Assembly: GCA_965203325.1 (NCBI GenBank) | Contig: OZ241875.1 | Span: forward strand, 3,712,001 to 3,776,000 | Source: a bacterium | GTDB taxonomy: Bacteria > UBA8248 | Reading direction: 5' to 3' | Length of the DNA: 64,000 nucleotides | Part shown: in pieces, positions 9,691 through 19,393 of the stretch | Numbering within the stretch: the first letter of the stretch is position 1 | Layout: each line of letters starts with the position of its first letter | Made by a program: the position numbers and the translations under genes | The notes under the pieces: model-generated | Database searches by the model: none | What the model saw: only the letters and a program-made list of their open reading frames with translations | Told to the model about the DNA's origin: nothing

Positions 9691-12600
9691 AGCAAATTCT
9701 GAATTGGTCTGCACGGCATACCGTTTTCGCCAACCTTCTCATGGGGATAATGCTGATCATCGGTGTTGTCGCCGTTTTTCAAATCCGCAGCGAGTTGCTC
9801 CCTCAATTCGCCCTCGATCGGGTGAGCGTCAACGTGGTGTGGGAGGGCGCGAGTCCTGCGGAGGTCGAAGAGGGTATTTGCATCAAGATCGAAGAGGCCC
9901 TGACCGGCGTCGAAGGGGTAAAAAAGATCACTTCGGTTGCTTATGAGGGTCGTTGTGACATTGCCGTGGAACTACACGGCTGGTTCAAGAACTCCCGGGA
10001 TTTGATGGAAGATATCCGAAGCGAAATCGACCGTATCAGGACATTTCCCGAGAACATAGAAAGACCCGTCGTTTCGGAAGTAAAGCGGATAAATCAAGTA
10101 ATTCGTCTCTCCTTGTTCGGCAATGTGCCCGAAGAAGCCCTGAAACGAAAAGCCACGGAGATTAAAGATGAATTGCTGGATTTGCCCGACATTTCAAAGG
10201 TGGTTCTGAGCGGCTTGAGAGACTGGGAAATTTCAATCGAAGTCTCAGAGGAGATGTTGCGCCGCTACGGTCTGACGTTTGACCGGGTGGCGAATATCAT
10301 TCGCAAGAACGTGCTGGAGCTTTCAGGCGGGGATATCCGTTCTGCGGAGCGGAGAATCAGAATCAGGACGTTGGGAAAGCGTTATACGGGACCCGAGTTC
10401 GAGCGGCTTGAAATACTTGCCCAAAAAGACGGCGCAATTTTAAGGCTCGGTGATATTGCCCGTGTGGTCGACGCTTTTGAAGACAGCGATAAATCGGGTC
10501 GATTCAACGGAAAACCGGCTGCGCTCATCCTGGTGTATCGAACCGATGAGGAAGATGCGCTTTCGATTTCTGAAACGGTAGTTGAATATGTAGAGAAAAA
10601 GCGGAAAGAACTGCCCGAAGGACTGGATTTGGCCCATTGGGCGGATACCTCGCGCATGATACGGGACCGGATCGATCTTCTGCTGAGAAACGGTCGCGTC
10701 GGACTCGTTTTGGTTTTCATCTCCATGTGGCTGTTTTTGAACATTCGCCTTTCATTTTGGGTGGCGATGGGAATTCCCGTCTCCCTGTTGACGGCTTTGG
10801 GTTTTTTGAACTTCTCCGGCGGCACGCTCAACATGCTCTCGATGTTCGCCTTCATCATGGTTTTGGGGATACTGGTGGACGACGCCATTGTAGTGGCTGA
10901 AAATATCTATTCGCATATGGAAAGAGGCAAGAATCGCGTTCAGGCCGCTATTGACGGCTGTTATGAAGTCGTCCTGCCGGTTACCGCCACGGTCGTGACG
11001 TCCATTGTGGCTTTCGCTCCCTTGCTGATGGTGGAGGGAACGGTCGGGAAATTCATGGCGGTGCTCCCGGCGGCCATCATCGCCGCGTTAATCGCTTCTC
11101 TCATCGAATCGTTGTTTATTCTGCCGGCTCATCTGGGACATTGGGTGCGGCCACCCAGGACGGGTGGAATATCAGCGCGCGTCAGGAACGCCATCGATAG
11201 AGGCATAAACTGGCTCATCCATCGATTTTACGCGCCAATTCTGAGATTTTGCCTCAACGCCAGGTATCTGGTCCTCTCCCTGGCTTTGGTCGTTTTTATG
11301 GTGACGGTGGGTTTGGCTGTTGGCGGGCATGTGAGATTTTTGTTTTTTCCAAAAATCGATTCCGATTGGGTGCATGTCAGAATTCTGTTCCCTCCTGGAA
11401 CCCCGATTCGGCAAACGCAAAACGCGGCGCAAAGGATTGAGCAGGCAGCCGTTGCCCTTGACGGGGTTGTTCGCTCGAAAACGGGTGAGCCGGTCGTCAA
11501 ACATGTATTTACAATACTGGGTGAGAATATTGACCCAGGCGGCGGGCGCGTCGCGGGAGGGAGCCATATGGCGCAGGTGATCCTCGAGATGCTGCCCTCA
11601 GAAGCCAGAGGAATCAGCTCGGAGGAAATCATCCATCAATGGCGTGAGAATACAGGAGAAATTCCCGATGTAACGAGCCTTACTTTCAGTACAGGAGGAG
11701 CCGGTCCGCCCGGTGGAAAACCCATCGATGTGCAGTTCTATGGTGATGACATCGGGACTTTGATAAGAGTAGCTCAGGAATTCAAGCGAGAGCTGACCAA
11801 ATACCCCGGCCTATATGATATTCAAGATGATTTCCGGTCCGGCAAGCTTGAGTTCCGAACATCATTGAAGCCGCAGGCCCGCGTGCTGGGAGTGAATCTG
11901 GATGATCTGGGGCGTCAGTTGCGCGCGCGCTTTTTCGGGCTGCAAGTCCTGCGCCTGCAACGTGGCCGGGATGACGTGAAGGTCAAACTTCGCTATCCGT
12001 CCGAGGAGAGGCGTTCTCTGGAAGATATCAGGAAGATGAGGGTCAGGACGTCATCGGGGGCGGAAATCCCTTTCCATGAGGTGGCGGAAGTCGAGATGGT
12101 TCAAGGGCTTGATGCAATTAGGCGAGTAGCCAGATCAAGGGCGATTAACGTAACGGCCGAAATCGACCCGGACCGCGCCAATCCCACCGAGGTTCTGAAT
12201 GACTTGAATGCGAGTTTCTTCCCAGAGCTCCTGAGCCGCTATCACGGGATAGGAGTTCGATTCGAGGGTCAGGCCAAAGAGACGAGTGAATCATTCGCCA
12301 GCCTGTTTCGCGCTTTTGCGCTTGCAATAGCCGTTATTTTTGCGATTTTGGCTACATTGTTCAGAAGCTATTTCCAGCCCCTCGTCGTTATGAGCGCTAT
12401 TCCGTTCGGGATCGTAGGCGCAATATGGGGGCATATTGTCATGGGTTTCGATATCTCCATCTTGAGCATGATGGGGATATTGGCTCTTACAGGCGTTGTG
12501 GTGAATGACTCTTTGGTTCTTTTGGATTTCGCGAACCGAAGTATCAGAGACGGGATGCCTATAGAAGACGCGCTGCAGCGTGCCGGTGTCGCCAGATGGA

Positions 12601-12872
12601 GAGCCATTGTTCTGACTACACTCACAACAGCCGCAGGCCTGGGGCCGATGTTGTTCGAGAAAAGCTTCCAGGCGCAATTCTTGATTCCCATGGCGATTAG
12701 TTTATGCTTCGGACTGCTTTTCGCCACGGTGATAACGCTCGTTCTGGTTCCTGTCATTTCATTGATAGGAAACGACGTGGGGCGGTTTTGGTGGTGGATC
12801 TGGACGGGTAGATGGTTGACGAGAGAAGAAGTAGATGTGCATTCTCCACAGAAAGGAGAGATGAGCATCTAG
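9687..12872 (+). CDS. RND efflux permease (AcrB/AcrD/AcrF family)
   Basis: 1061 aa; GILVDDAIVVAENI, GVVVNDSLVL and RAIVLTTLTT motifs. Confidence 0.95.
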   Translation: MKQILNWSARHTVFANLLMGIMLIIGVVAVFQIRSELLPQFALDRVSVNVVWEGASPAEVEEGICIKIEEALTGVEGVKKITSVAYEGRCDIAVELHGWFKNSRDLMEDIRSEIDRIRTFPENIERPVVSEVKRINQVIRLSLFGNVPEEALKRKATEIKDELLDLPDISKVVLSGLRDWEISIEVSEEMLRRYGLTFDRVANIIRKNVLELSGGDIRSAERRIRIRTLGKRYTGPEFERLEILAQKDGAILRLGDIARVVDAFEDSDKSGRFNGKPAALILVYRTDEEDALSISETVVEYVEKKRKELPEGLDLAHWADTSRMIRDRIDLLLRNGRVGLVLVFISMWLFLNIRLSFWVAMGIPVSLLTALGFLNFSGGTLNMLSMFAFIMVLGILVDDAIVVAENIYSHMERGKNRVQAAIDGCYEVVLPVTATVVTSIVAFAPLLMVEGTVGKFMAVLPAAIIAALIASLIESLFILPAHLGHWVRPPRTGGISARVRNAIDRGINWLIHRFYAPILRFCLNARYLVLSLALVVFMVTVGLAVGGHVRFLFFPKIDSDWVHVRILFPPGTPIRQTQNAAQRIEQAAVALDGVVRSKTGEPVVKHVFTILGENIDPGGGRVAGGSHMAQVILEMLPSEARGISSEEIIHQWRENTGEIPDVTSLTFSTGGAGPPGGKPIDVQFYGDDIGTLIRVAQEFKRELTKYPGLYDIQDDFRSGKLEFRTSLKPQARVLGVNLDDLGRQLRARFFGLQVLRLQRGRDDVKVKLRYPSEERRSLEDIRKMRVRTSSGAEIPFHEVAEVEMVQGLDAIRRVARSRAINVTAEIDPDRANPTEVLNDLNASFFPELLSRYHGIGVRFEGQAKETSESFASLFRAFALAIAVIFAILATLFRSYFQPLVVMSAIPFGIVGAIWGHIVMGFDISILSMMGILALTGVVVNDSLVLLDFANRSIRDGMPIEDALQRAGVARWRAIVLTTLTTAAGLGPMLFEKSFQAQFLIPMAISLCFGLLFATVITLVLVPVISLIGNDVGRFWWWIWTGRWLTREEVDVHSPQKGEMSI

Positions 12873-13046
12873 TTTGGTGCCATTAAGTTCAATCGTTTGT
12901 TCAGCTTGCGGAAAGTTTGTAATTGATTTCCAGGAAATGTTGCATTCATTCCATCAATTGAATCTCGCGGACAAATGGATGAAGGAGAATTTGATTTTAT
13001 GTCCCCAAGGGTCGATGTGCGTTATGGTGAAGAGATAGGAGACAAG

Positions 13047-14099
13047 ATGGAAGCGGTTGTGATGACTGCTCCCGAAAATCTTGAAATTCAATCTGTTCCC
13101 GTTCCCGAACCGGATATCGGAGAGGTACTGGTAAAAGTAGAATGCACAACGATTTGTGGAACGGATATTGAAATCATCAAAGGCGGTCACCTCCCCAACT
13201 GGCCACCCAAACTTCCAGCTATCCTGGGACACGAGTGGGCCGGCAGAATCGTGGCGATGGGTCCGATGACCGAGGGATTCGGTCTTGAGATGGGTGATGC
13301 CGTGGCGGGTACGAGCCATGCAGGGTGCGGCGCCTGTCGCATGTGTCTGATCGGCCGCTACAACCTCTGCTACAATTATGGGAATACGGTTACGGGGCAC
13401 AGACAATATGGTCATATTACGCAAGGCTCATATGCGGAGTATGTGACAAACAATATACGCGCGTTGCACAAGATGCCGGAGGGGATGTCTTTTGAGCATG
13501 GTTCAGCCGTAGATCCGGCCGGTTGCGGGCTATGGACGGCGAAACGCGCAGGCGTCAACCCTGGTGATACTGTCGTGATATTGGGTTCTGGTCCCATCGG
13601 TGTTTTTGCTTATGAGTCAGCCAAAGCAATGGGCGCAGGGCGCGTGATTGTCGTGGGTGGTGGCCGGAGACTTGAGATATTAGAGGAACAAGGCGCTGAA
13701 GTAGTCAGTTACCGGGATGGTGGTGTGCCGGAACGAATAGATGAGATGACAGACGGAAGAAAAGCAAACGTGGTGCTGGAGACAGCTGGAACCACGGATA
13801 GCTTTAGATGGAGTGTGGATTGTGGTGGCAAAGGCGCGCGTGTCGCCATTACCGGCATACCGGAAAACATTCCTGATATGGCATGGAAACGCGTTGTGCT
13901 CGAAGAGATGGATATTTTTGGCGTTCGAGCGAACCCCAATTGCGGAGATGAGATTTTGGCGCTCATTCATGCAGGCAGACTGAAGGTGGATCCATACATC
14001 ACCCATCGGTTCCCCCTTAAAGAATACCAGGAAGCGCACGATACGTTTGTGGCTCGAAGAGATGGCGCTCTGCTGGTGAATCTGACTCCTGGAGAATAA
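13047..14099 (+). CDS. Zn-dependent alcohol dehydrogenase (MDR family)
   Basis: CGTD, GHE, CGACRMC...C structural Zn site, GSGPIG; AGGAG SD before ATG 13047. Confidence 0.92.
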   Translation: MEAVVMTAPENLEIQSVPVPEPDIGEVLVKVECTTICGTDIEIIKGGHLPNWPPKLPAILGHEWAGRIVAMGPMTEGFGLEMGDAVAGTSHAGCGACRMCLIGRYNLCYNYGNTVTGHRQYGHITQGSYAEYVTNNIRALHKMPEGMSFEHGSAVDPAGCGLWTAKRAGVNPGDTVVILGSGPIGVFAYESAKAMGAGRVIVVGGGRRLEILEEQGAEVVSYRDGGVPERIDEMTDGRKANVVLETAGTTDSFRWSVDCGGKGARVAITGIPENIPDMAWKRVVLEEMDIFGVRANPNCGDEILALIHAGRLKVDPYITHRFPLKEYQEAHDTFVARRDGALLVNLTPGE

Positions 14100-14104
14100 C
14101 GAAA

Positions 14105-14506
14105 ATGCCTCGAGGCGAGATGAAATATGGCGCGAGGATGATTGCAGAAGCGAACCTTGAAGCCGTTCCGAATCCTTCAAGGCGACGAGATTACGTAGTC
14201 GATTTTACTATTCCCGAATTCACCTGCCTTTGTCCGATCAGCAATTTTCCCGACTTCGCCACCATTCGTGTTAAATATGTTCCTGGAGAAAAGATAGTAG
14301 AATTGAAATCCTTGAAACTCTACATCAATAATTTCAGAGAGCGAGAAATTTTTCACGAGCAGGTGGTCAGCACTATACTTGATGACTTGGTTGAAATATG
14401 TGAGCCGAAGTGGGTCTGGATTGAAGGCGATTTTAATGTGCGGGGGAATATCAAAACTAAAATTCGAGCCACTTTTGGCACGAGACCATCCGATGTGCCT
14501 GAATAA
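14105..14506 (+). CDS. queF: NADPH-dependent 7-cyano-7-deazaguanine reductase (type I QueF)
   Basis: PEFTCLCP...PDFA and ELKSLKLY QueF motif; FHE; RGNI. Confidence 0.93.
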   Translation: MPRGEMKYGARMIAEANLEAVPNPSRRRDYVVDFTIPEFTCLCPISNFPDFATIRVKYVPGEKIVELKSLKLYINNFREREIFHEQVVSTILDDLVEICEPKWVWIEGDFNVRGNIKTKIRATFGTRPSDVPE

Positions 14507-14611
14507 ACAAACTTGTGAGTAAATTTGTGCGTTAGGTGGACTTGGTATTAAATGATTCATGAGTCACAGAAATTTCCAATGGGTTAAATTATATTTTTCT
14601 ATGAGGTGTAA

Positions 14612-16861
14612 ATGACAGACTATAAAGTAGCAGGTATGGGCCTCACCCGAATCGATGCCCCAGACAAAGTGGCTGGAAGCGCCAAGTATGCAGCTGACAT
14701 CCCGTCGAGTCGCTCACTCATCGGTCTCGTTTTAGGCAGCCCACATCCGTATGCGAAAGTGTTAAACGTGGATGCGAACGAGGCGCGCAAAATACCTGGC
14801 GTCCGTGCAGTCGTGACGCGAGACGAAGCTCCCCGAATCCGTTTCGGCGCCAATATCAAGGATCAGAGTTGGTTTGCGCAGGATGGTTTTGTTCGATATG
14901 GCGGTGAACCGGTGGCTGCCGTGGCCGCCGAAGATATGGATACCGCCCAAGAAGCCCTCGAATTGATTCGCGTGGAATATGAAGTTCTTGAGCCGGTAGT
15001 GAACGGTTTGGATAGCCGTGCCGGTAAAGGTCTTGCTGTTCATGAAGATTGGCGAGATTTAGGACTGGGCCCGAATGCGGACAAAAACATCATCGCCCGT
15101 TTTGAAAAAGAAATTGGAGATGTCGATAATGGGCTCAAAGAGGCGGATCGTATTTTTGAACATACCTTTTCCACGCCCTTCGTACATGCCGGTTATATTG
15201 AGCCCCATGCATGCACTGTTGAGGCTGGTACCGACGGGAAGGTCACAATCTGGACAACTACGCAGGATGCTTGGGCAATTCGCGCAGATGTAGCCGAGGC
15301 ACTTGGACTTCCGGCAACACATGTTCGTGTTATTCCTACTGAAATCGGGGGAGGTTTTGGCGCAAAGCTGAAGAGCACTTATGAGCATATCGCCGCACTT
15401 TTGGCTTTGAAGACTGATCAAGCTGTTCGCATGGAGATGACCCGCGAGGAAGATCACATCGGTGTGAATCCGAGGCACCCTCATTTCATAACGATACGCA
15501 CTGCGGTTAAGAATGACGGTACGTTTGTCGCTCGCGAACTTGATGTCACGATGGATCATGGAGCCTATGGCCGTGGCGCGCCGTTCCAGTGCAGTAGCAA
15601 GATGCTTATGGGTTCATGCTCATATCGTATTCCCAACGTCAGAATTCGTGCATGTACAGTGTATACCAATGGCCCTGTTTGCGGTCCCGTGCGTGCTCCT
15701 AGCGGACCTCAGTACCACTTTGCCACAGAAGTGCAGATGGACATCATCGCGCGCGAGATGGGGATTGACTCACTCGAAATTAGGCGAATTAACTCCCTTC
15801 GGCCAGGAGATGAGACACTGGCTGGAAAGGAGCAAAATCCATCCATGCGTAGCGTGCTCGACTCAACGGCCGTGGAAGGAAAATGGGGCAAGAAGATTGA
15901 GGCTAACGGAGAAATCGAGGGAGCTGGATGGAAACTTGGTCGCGGAATTGCTTGCGGATATTGGCCGGGGCCTGGAGAGGCATCTAGTTGCACGGTTCGC
16001 CTAAACCAAGACGGGACAGTACAAGTGGTAGCAGGAACGGTGAATCTTACTGGCATGAGCACTTCCATATGCCAACTCGCCGCAGAGGAATTGGGCGTAA
16101 GTTTAGATGAGGTGCGTTATACGAACGGAGATACGGATTCTGTACCTGAATCATCGGCAGCATCGGGAAGCAAGGCGACGCGTGCGGTGGGAATGGCTAC
16201 CTTGAGTGCTGCGCGTGATTTGCGAAGTAAGATTTTGAATGTGGCGAGTATAAAGCTCGAAGCCGCTGCGGACGATCTGATATTGGAAGATGGGCAAGTC
16301 AAAGTGTCTTCGGCTCCTGATCGTGCCTTGTCACTTGCGCAGGTAGCCAAGGCGGCGCCTGAAATTCAGGGATTTTTGATTGGACAAGGTGAAAGCGCGA
16401 AGCCGCCTCCATGTCCGATACATACCGGCCAGATAGCGGATGTGGCCGTAAATCCCGAACTTGGGGAAATCAGGGTTTTGCGACTCACATGTGTGCAGGA
16501 CGTAGGATTCGCCATCAATCCATTGTCTGTCATTGGACAGATTGAAGGCGCCATGATCCAGGGACTTGGATTGGCCCTCATGGAGGAGCAGCCCAGACGT
16601 CCAGATGGAAACCTGCACGGAGATACCTTCCACGAATATCTCATACCTACCAGCATGGATATGCCTGAACTGAAAGCCGTTTTGTATGACAACCCGGCCG
16701 AGGGCACACCTTACGGGATGCGGGGTGTGGGTGAACCTCCCATTGTGGCGACTGCGGCGGCGATTGTGAATGCCATACAAGACGCTGTGGGAGTACCTGT
16801 TTTTTCATTGCCTGTTGGCCCGCATCATATTCGAGAGGTTTTGGTTACGAACAGCGCATAA
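14612..16861 (+). CDS. Xanthine dehydrogenase/CoxL-family molybdopterin-binding subunit
   Basis: IGGGFGAK, DVGFAINP, GQIEGAMIQGLG and RGVGEPP motifs. Confidence 0.93.
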   Translation: MTDYKVAGMGLTRIDAPDKVAGSAKYAADIPSSRSLIGLVLGSPHPYAKVLNVDANEARKIPGVRAVVTRDEAPRIRFGANIKDQSWFAQDGFVRYGGEPVAAVAAEDMDTAQEALELIRVEYEVLEPVVNGLDSRAGKGLAVHEDWRDLGLGPNADKNIIARFEKEIGDVDNGLKEADRIFEHTFSTPFVHAGYIEPHACTVEAGTDGKVTIWTTTQDAWAIRADVAEALGLPATHVRVIPTEIGGGFGAKLKSTYEHIAALLALKTDQAVRMEMTREEDHIGVNPRHPHFITIRTAVKNDGTFVARELDVTMDHGAYGRGAPFQCSSKMLMGSCSYRIPNVRIRACTVYTNGPVCGPVRAPSGPQYHFATEVQMDIIAREMGIDSLEIRRINSLRPGDETLAGKEQNPSMRSVLDSTAVEGKWGKKIEANGEIEGAGWKLGRGIACGYWPGPGEASSCTVRLNQDGTVQVVAGTVNLTGMSTSICQLAAEELGVSLDEVRYTNGDTDSVPESSAASGSKATRAVGMATLSAARDLRSKILNVASIKLEAAADDLILEDGQVKVSSAPDRALSLAQVAKAAPEIQGFLIGQGESAKPPPCPIHTGQIADVAVNPELGEIRVLRLTCVQDVGFAINPLSVIGQIEGAMIQGLGLALMEEQPRRPDGNLHGDTFHEYLIPTSMDMPELKAVLYDNPAEGTPYGMRGVGEPPIVATAAAIVNAIQDAVGVPVFSLPVGPHHIREVLVTNSA

Positions 16862-16892
16862 ATTACCTATCCCACTTTTCGAGGAGAACCCA

Positions 16893-17558
16893 ATGTCTGT
16901 GGACGAAGGAACCAGTTTGCCGGATAGTTTGGGCGTGACCGAAGAGATGATGGCGTGTCCTTTGCCAAGGCTACCCTTTGTTGATCCTGAAAACATTCCT
17001 GAAGAACTCAAGGAGGAACTTGCTCCGCTCTATGATTGGTCGAAACGGATGTGGGGCACAGTCCCACGCTTTTTGCAGCTTTTGGGAAATTCGCCCCCCA
17101 CCGTGGAGGGATGGATGTTGCTCGACCAAAAACTGCGCACGAATCGATTGAAGACGGAGTCCGATTATATCCGCCTCATGGAGCTTGTCATCGTCAAAAC
17201 GGCCATATTGACAGAGTGCAACAACTGAATCGGGCACAACGTGGAGCTCGGTCGAGCTCTGGGTCTTACCCAGGATCAAATCAATCTGTTGGAAGGCGAT
17301 GACTGGCAAGACAGCCATTTGTTCGACGATAAGGAAAAAGCCGTCATCCGATGGGCGGATGAAGTATCGAAATTCAGGGCGAAGAATAACGACTTCGCAT
17401 TCAATGAGATGAAGAAATATTTTTCCAATCGGCAAATCGTAGAACTCACTTTTATTTGTGGTATGTGGCATCTTTCCGGGAGATTGGCCGAGGCGCTTCA
17501 CCTTGTGGTGGAACCGCCGGGAGGACGCATCGAATTTCAAGCGCAAGACATGGCCTAG
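16893..17558 (+). CDS. AhpD/carboxymuconolactone decarboxylase-family selenoprotein (CxxU; TGA 17226-17228 read as Sec), 221 aa
   Basis: Two track ORFs share one frame; joined sequence reads ELVIVKTAILTEC-N-N-U-IGHNVELGRALGLTQDQI...FDDKEKAVIRWADE...FSNRQIVEL, typical of CMD/AhpD; GAGGAG SD; SECIS-like hairpin follows. Confidence 0.85.
17229..17260 (+). promoter_or_regulatory. Putative bacterial SECIS element
   Basis: Stem GAGCTC(17244-17249)/GAGCTC(17254-17259), loop GGTC starting after 21 nt from the TGA. Confidence 0.75.
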
Positions 17559-18156
17559 ACACAGGCCTGTTGCCTAAAACATTTGTCGGGCGAGCCTTCG
17601 GTCGTTTCGTGTAGGCTCGGTGTACGCGCTTGAAACTCATCTTTCCGGCTTCCGTTCTTCGCCCTCCTCGAAAAGTTGACAGTTCACACGCACACCCGGC
17701 AACAATGCAAGAATTTGCTTTGAATAACATATTTTACTGGTTGAAAAATAAGGGCTTAGATATAGAAAAGGTTGCTTTTTTTAACGATTTCTGTATACTT
17801 GCCCGCTTTGTGATGTCGCCTGTGGCAAAGCCCGGGCTAATTTGCATAAAGCCGCCCGTAGGATGAGGATGAAATGATCGAGTTAAGAGATAGCGATGTC
17901 GTTTTGGATCACGAGTTTTTTGCAGAATCTGGAGATGTGCTGCCAAGCGATGTGGACTATGGTGTGTCTGACAAAGGTGTAGCTGATGATTTCTATATTT
18001 TGAGTGACGGCGAAGGGGGGAATGCTCCTGCTGTAGAATAGTGTTCCTTTTAAGAAAGGATTCAACGCCCGGTTGAAGTATCGGCCGGGCGTTTCTTTTG
18101 TCCTGAAATTTTTGCAGGATATGTGTTTTCCTTCATGAATCGGGAAAGAAAATGTG

Positions 18157-19002
18157 ATGGCTACGGACGAACACACGATTCACCATGAAGACATGCGAGG
18201 CCGGATTCTCTCAGCGGATTCGATGACGTATTTTGACGAAAGGGTTGGGGAAAGGGACGTTCTCATTGGAGGTTCTTACGCCGCACGAATGACGATTGCC
18301 TGGGCAATGCGGCTGGGTGCGAGAGCAATCATTGCCCATGCAGCGGGAGTCGGGAAGGATGATGCGGGGATCAGCGGCTTGTCTTTGGCTCAGGAATATC
18401 ATGTGCCTGCGCTGGCGTGTGAGACCATGTCCGCGAGGCTCGCCGCGGGAGAATCCGTGTATGAAGGCAAAGTCGGCCATGCGAATCAGGCAGCCCGAAG
18501 TCTTGGTGTTGAAATCGGTCAGTCGATTGCTGAAGCTTCGAATCATTTGCTCGATGCCGAGATGGGCCGGAAAGTAATTGTCGAGGAAAGTCTTGATGAT
18601 AGAATTTATGAACTAGAGCAATTTCCGAATGGTAACATACGCGCTTCATGGGGTATTCCCGTCCTGCGTTCCATCAAAGAACCAAGGCCAGATGATGTCT
18701 TTATCCAGGCTTCTCATTGCGGACTTACTCTCGTCCCTCATGTTATGGAGCTTAATCTGAAGGGTGTAATTGCGAATGATGCGGGCCGGGGGAAAGATGA
18801 TTCTGGTATCGCGTCTTTCCCCTATCTGTCGCGAGAGGGGATAGCCGTGGCGGCGGTCGGCGCAATGAGCGCGCGCATTGGCGATGTGATGAGCACATGG
18901 GAGGACGGCATCATTTCATGTATGAATGAAGTAGCCGAAAAGCGTGGGGTGCGAGAAGGCATGCGGACGCGAGAGGCGGCTCACGCCATGCTCAATGCGT
19001 GA
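18157..19002 (+). CDS. Hypothetical protein built from two homologous halves
   Basis: IIAHAAGVGKDDAGI...TMSARL...ANQAARSLGVEIGQSIAEA versus VIANDAGRGKDDSGI...AMSARI...MNEVAEKRGVREGMRTREA. Confidence 0.8.
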   Translation: MATDEHTIHHEDMRGRILSADSMTYFDERVGERDVLIGGSYAARMTIAWAMRLGARAIIAHAAGVGKDDAGISGLSLAQEYHVPALACETMSARLAAGESVYEGKVGHANQAARSLGVEIGQSIAEASNHLLDAEMGRKVIVEESLDDRIYELEQFPNGNIRASWGIPVLRSIKEPRPDDVFIQASHCGLTLVPHVMELNLKGVIANDAGRGKDDSGIASFPYLSREGIAVAAVGAMSARIGDVMSTWEDGIISCMNEVAEKRGVREGMRTREAAHAMLNA

Positions 19003-19011
19003 GGGTTTCAA

Positions 19012-19087
19012 TGGTGGAGGTGAGGGGATTCGAACCCCTGACCTCGTGGGTGCGATCCACGCGCTCTCCCATCTGAGCTACACCCCC
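19012..19087 (-). tRNA. tRNA-Ala(CGC)
   Basis: 76-nt cloverleaf GGGGGTGTAGCTCAG...TTCGAATCCCCTCACCTCCACCA; anticodon loop ATCGCAC; G3:U70 pair; encoded CCA. Confidence 0.97.
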
Positions 19088-19101
19088 ACAAAAGGAACTT
19101 G

Positions 19102-19130
19102 AAGGTAGGCGAAGGAGCTTCGGGTGTCAA
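19102..19130 (-). promoter_or_regulatory. Sigma70-type promoter of tRNA-Ala
   Basis: TTGACA-17 nt-TACCTT on the minus strand just upstream of the tRNA. Confidence 0.65.
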
Positions 19131-19140
19131 GTAAAATAGG

Positions 19141-19384
19141 GAGAGCCGATGAAGAACTCCCCCTAGGAGACTTCACCGGCTCTCGACCTGCCGCAGAGTC
19201 CGCCCGTTTCCCCCGCAGCAGGGAATTGCTTTTGACTTGAAACAGGAGCCGAGGACTCAACCCCTGAGGTGCATTATCCTCTACTCCCAATCCTGATTTT
19301 GGTGAGAGCCGGGGGATAACCCTCCGAGGATTTTCCCCCGGCTCTCGTCCCGTCGCAGAGTCCGCCCGTTTCCCCCACGACGGG
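19141..19384 (-). ncRNA. Unidentified tandem structured-RNA-like module (two copies of a two-hairpin unit plus one related hairpin)
   Basis: Units at 19304-19384 and 19141-19222; identical 12-nt loop GAAACGGGCGGA; stem differences are compensatory or G-U on the minus strand. Confidence 0.55.
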
Positions 19385-19393
19385 TAAATAATT

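Noticed and set aside
14526..14553. dif-like site (16/28 match to E. coli dif)
   Set aside because: The most conserved inner positions (ATAA and TTATG) do not match
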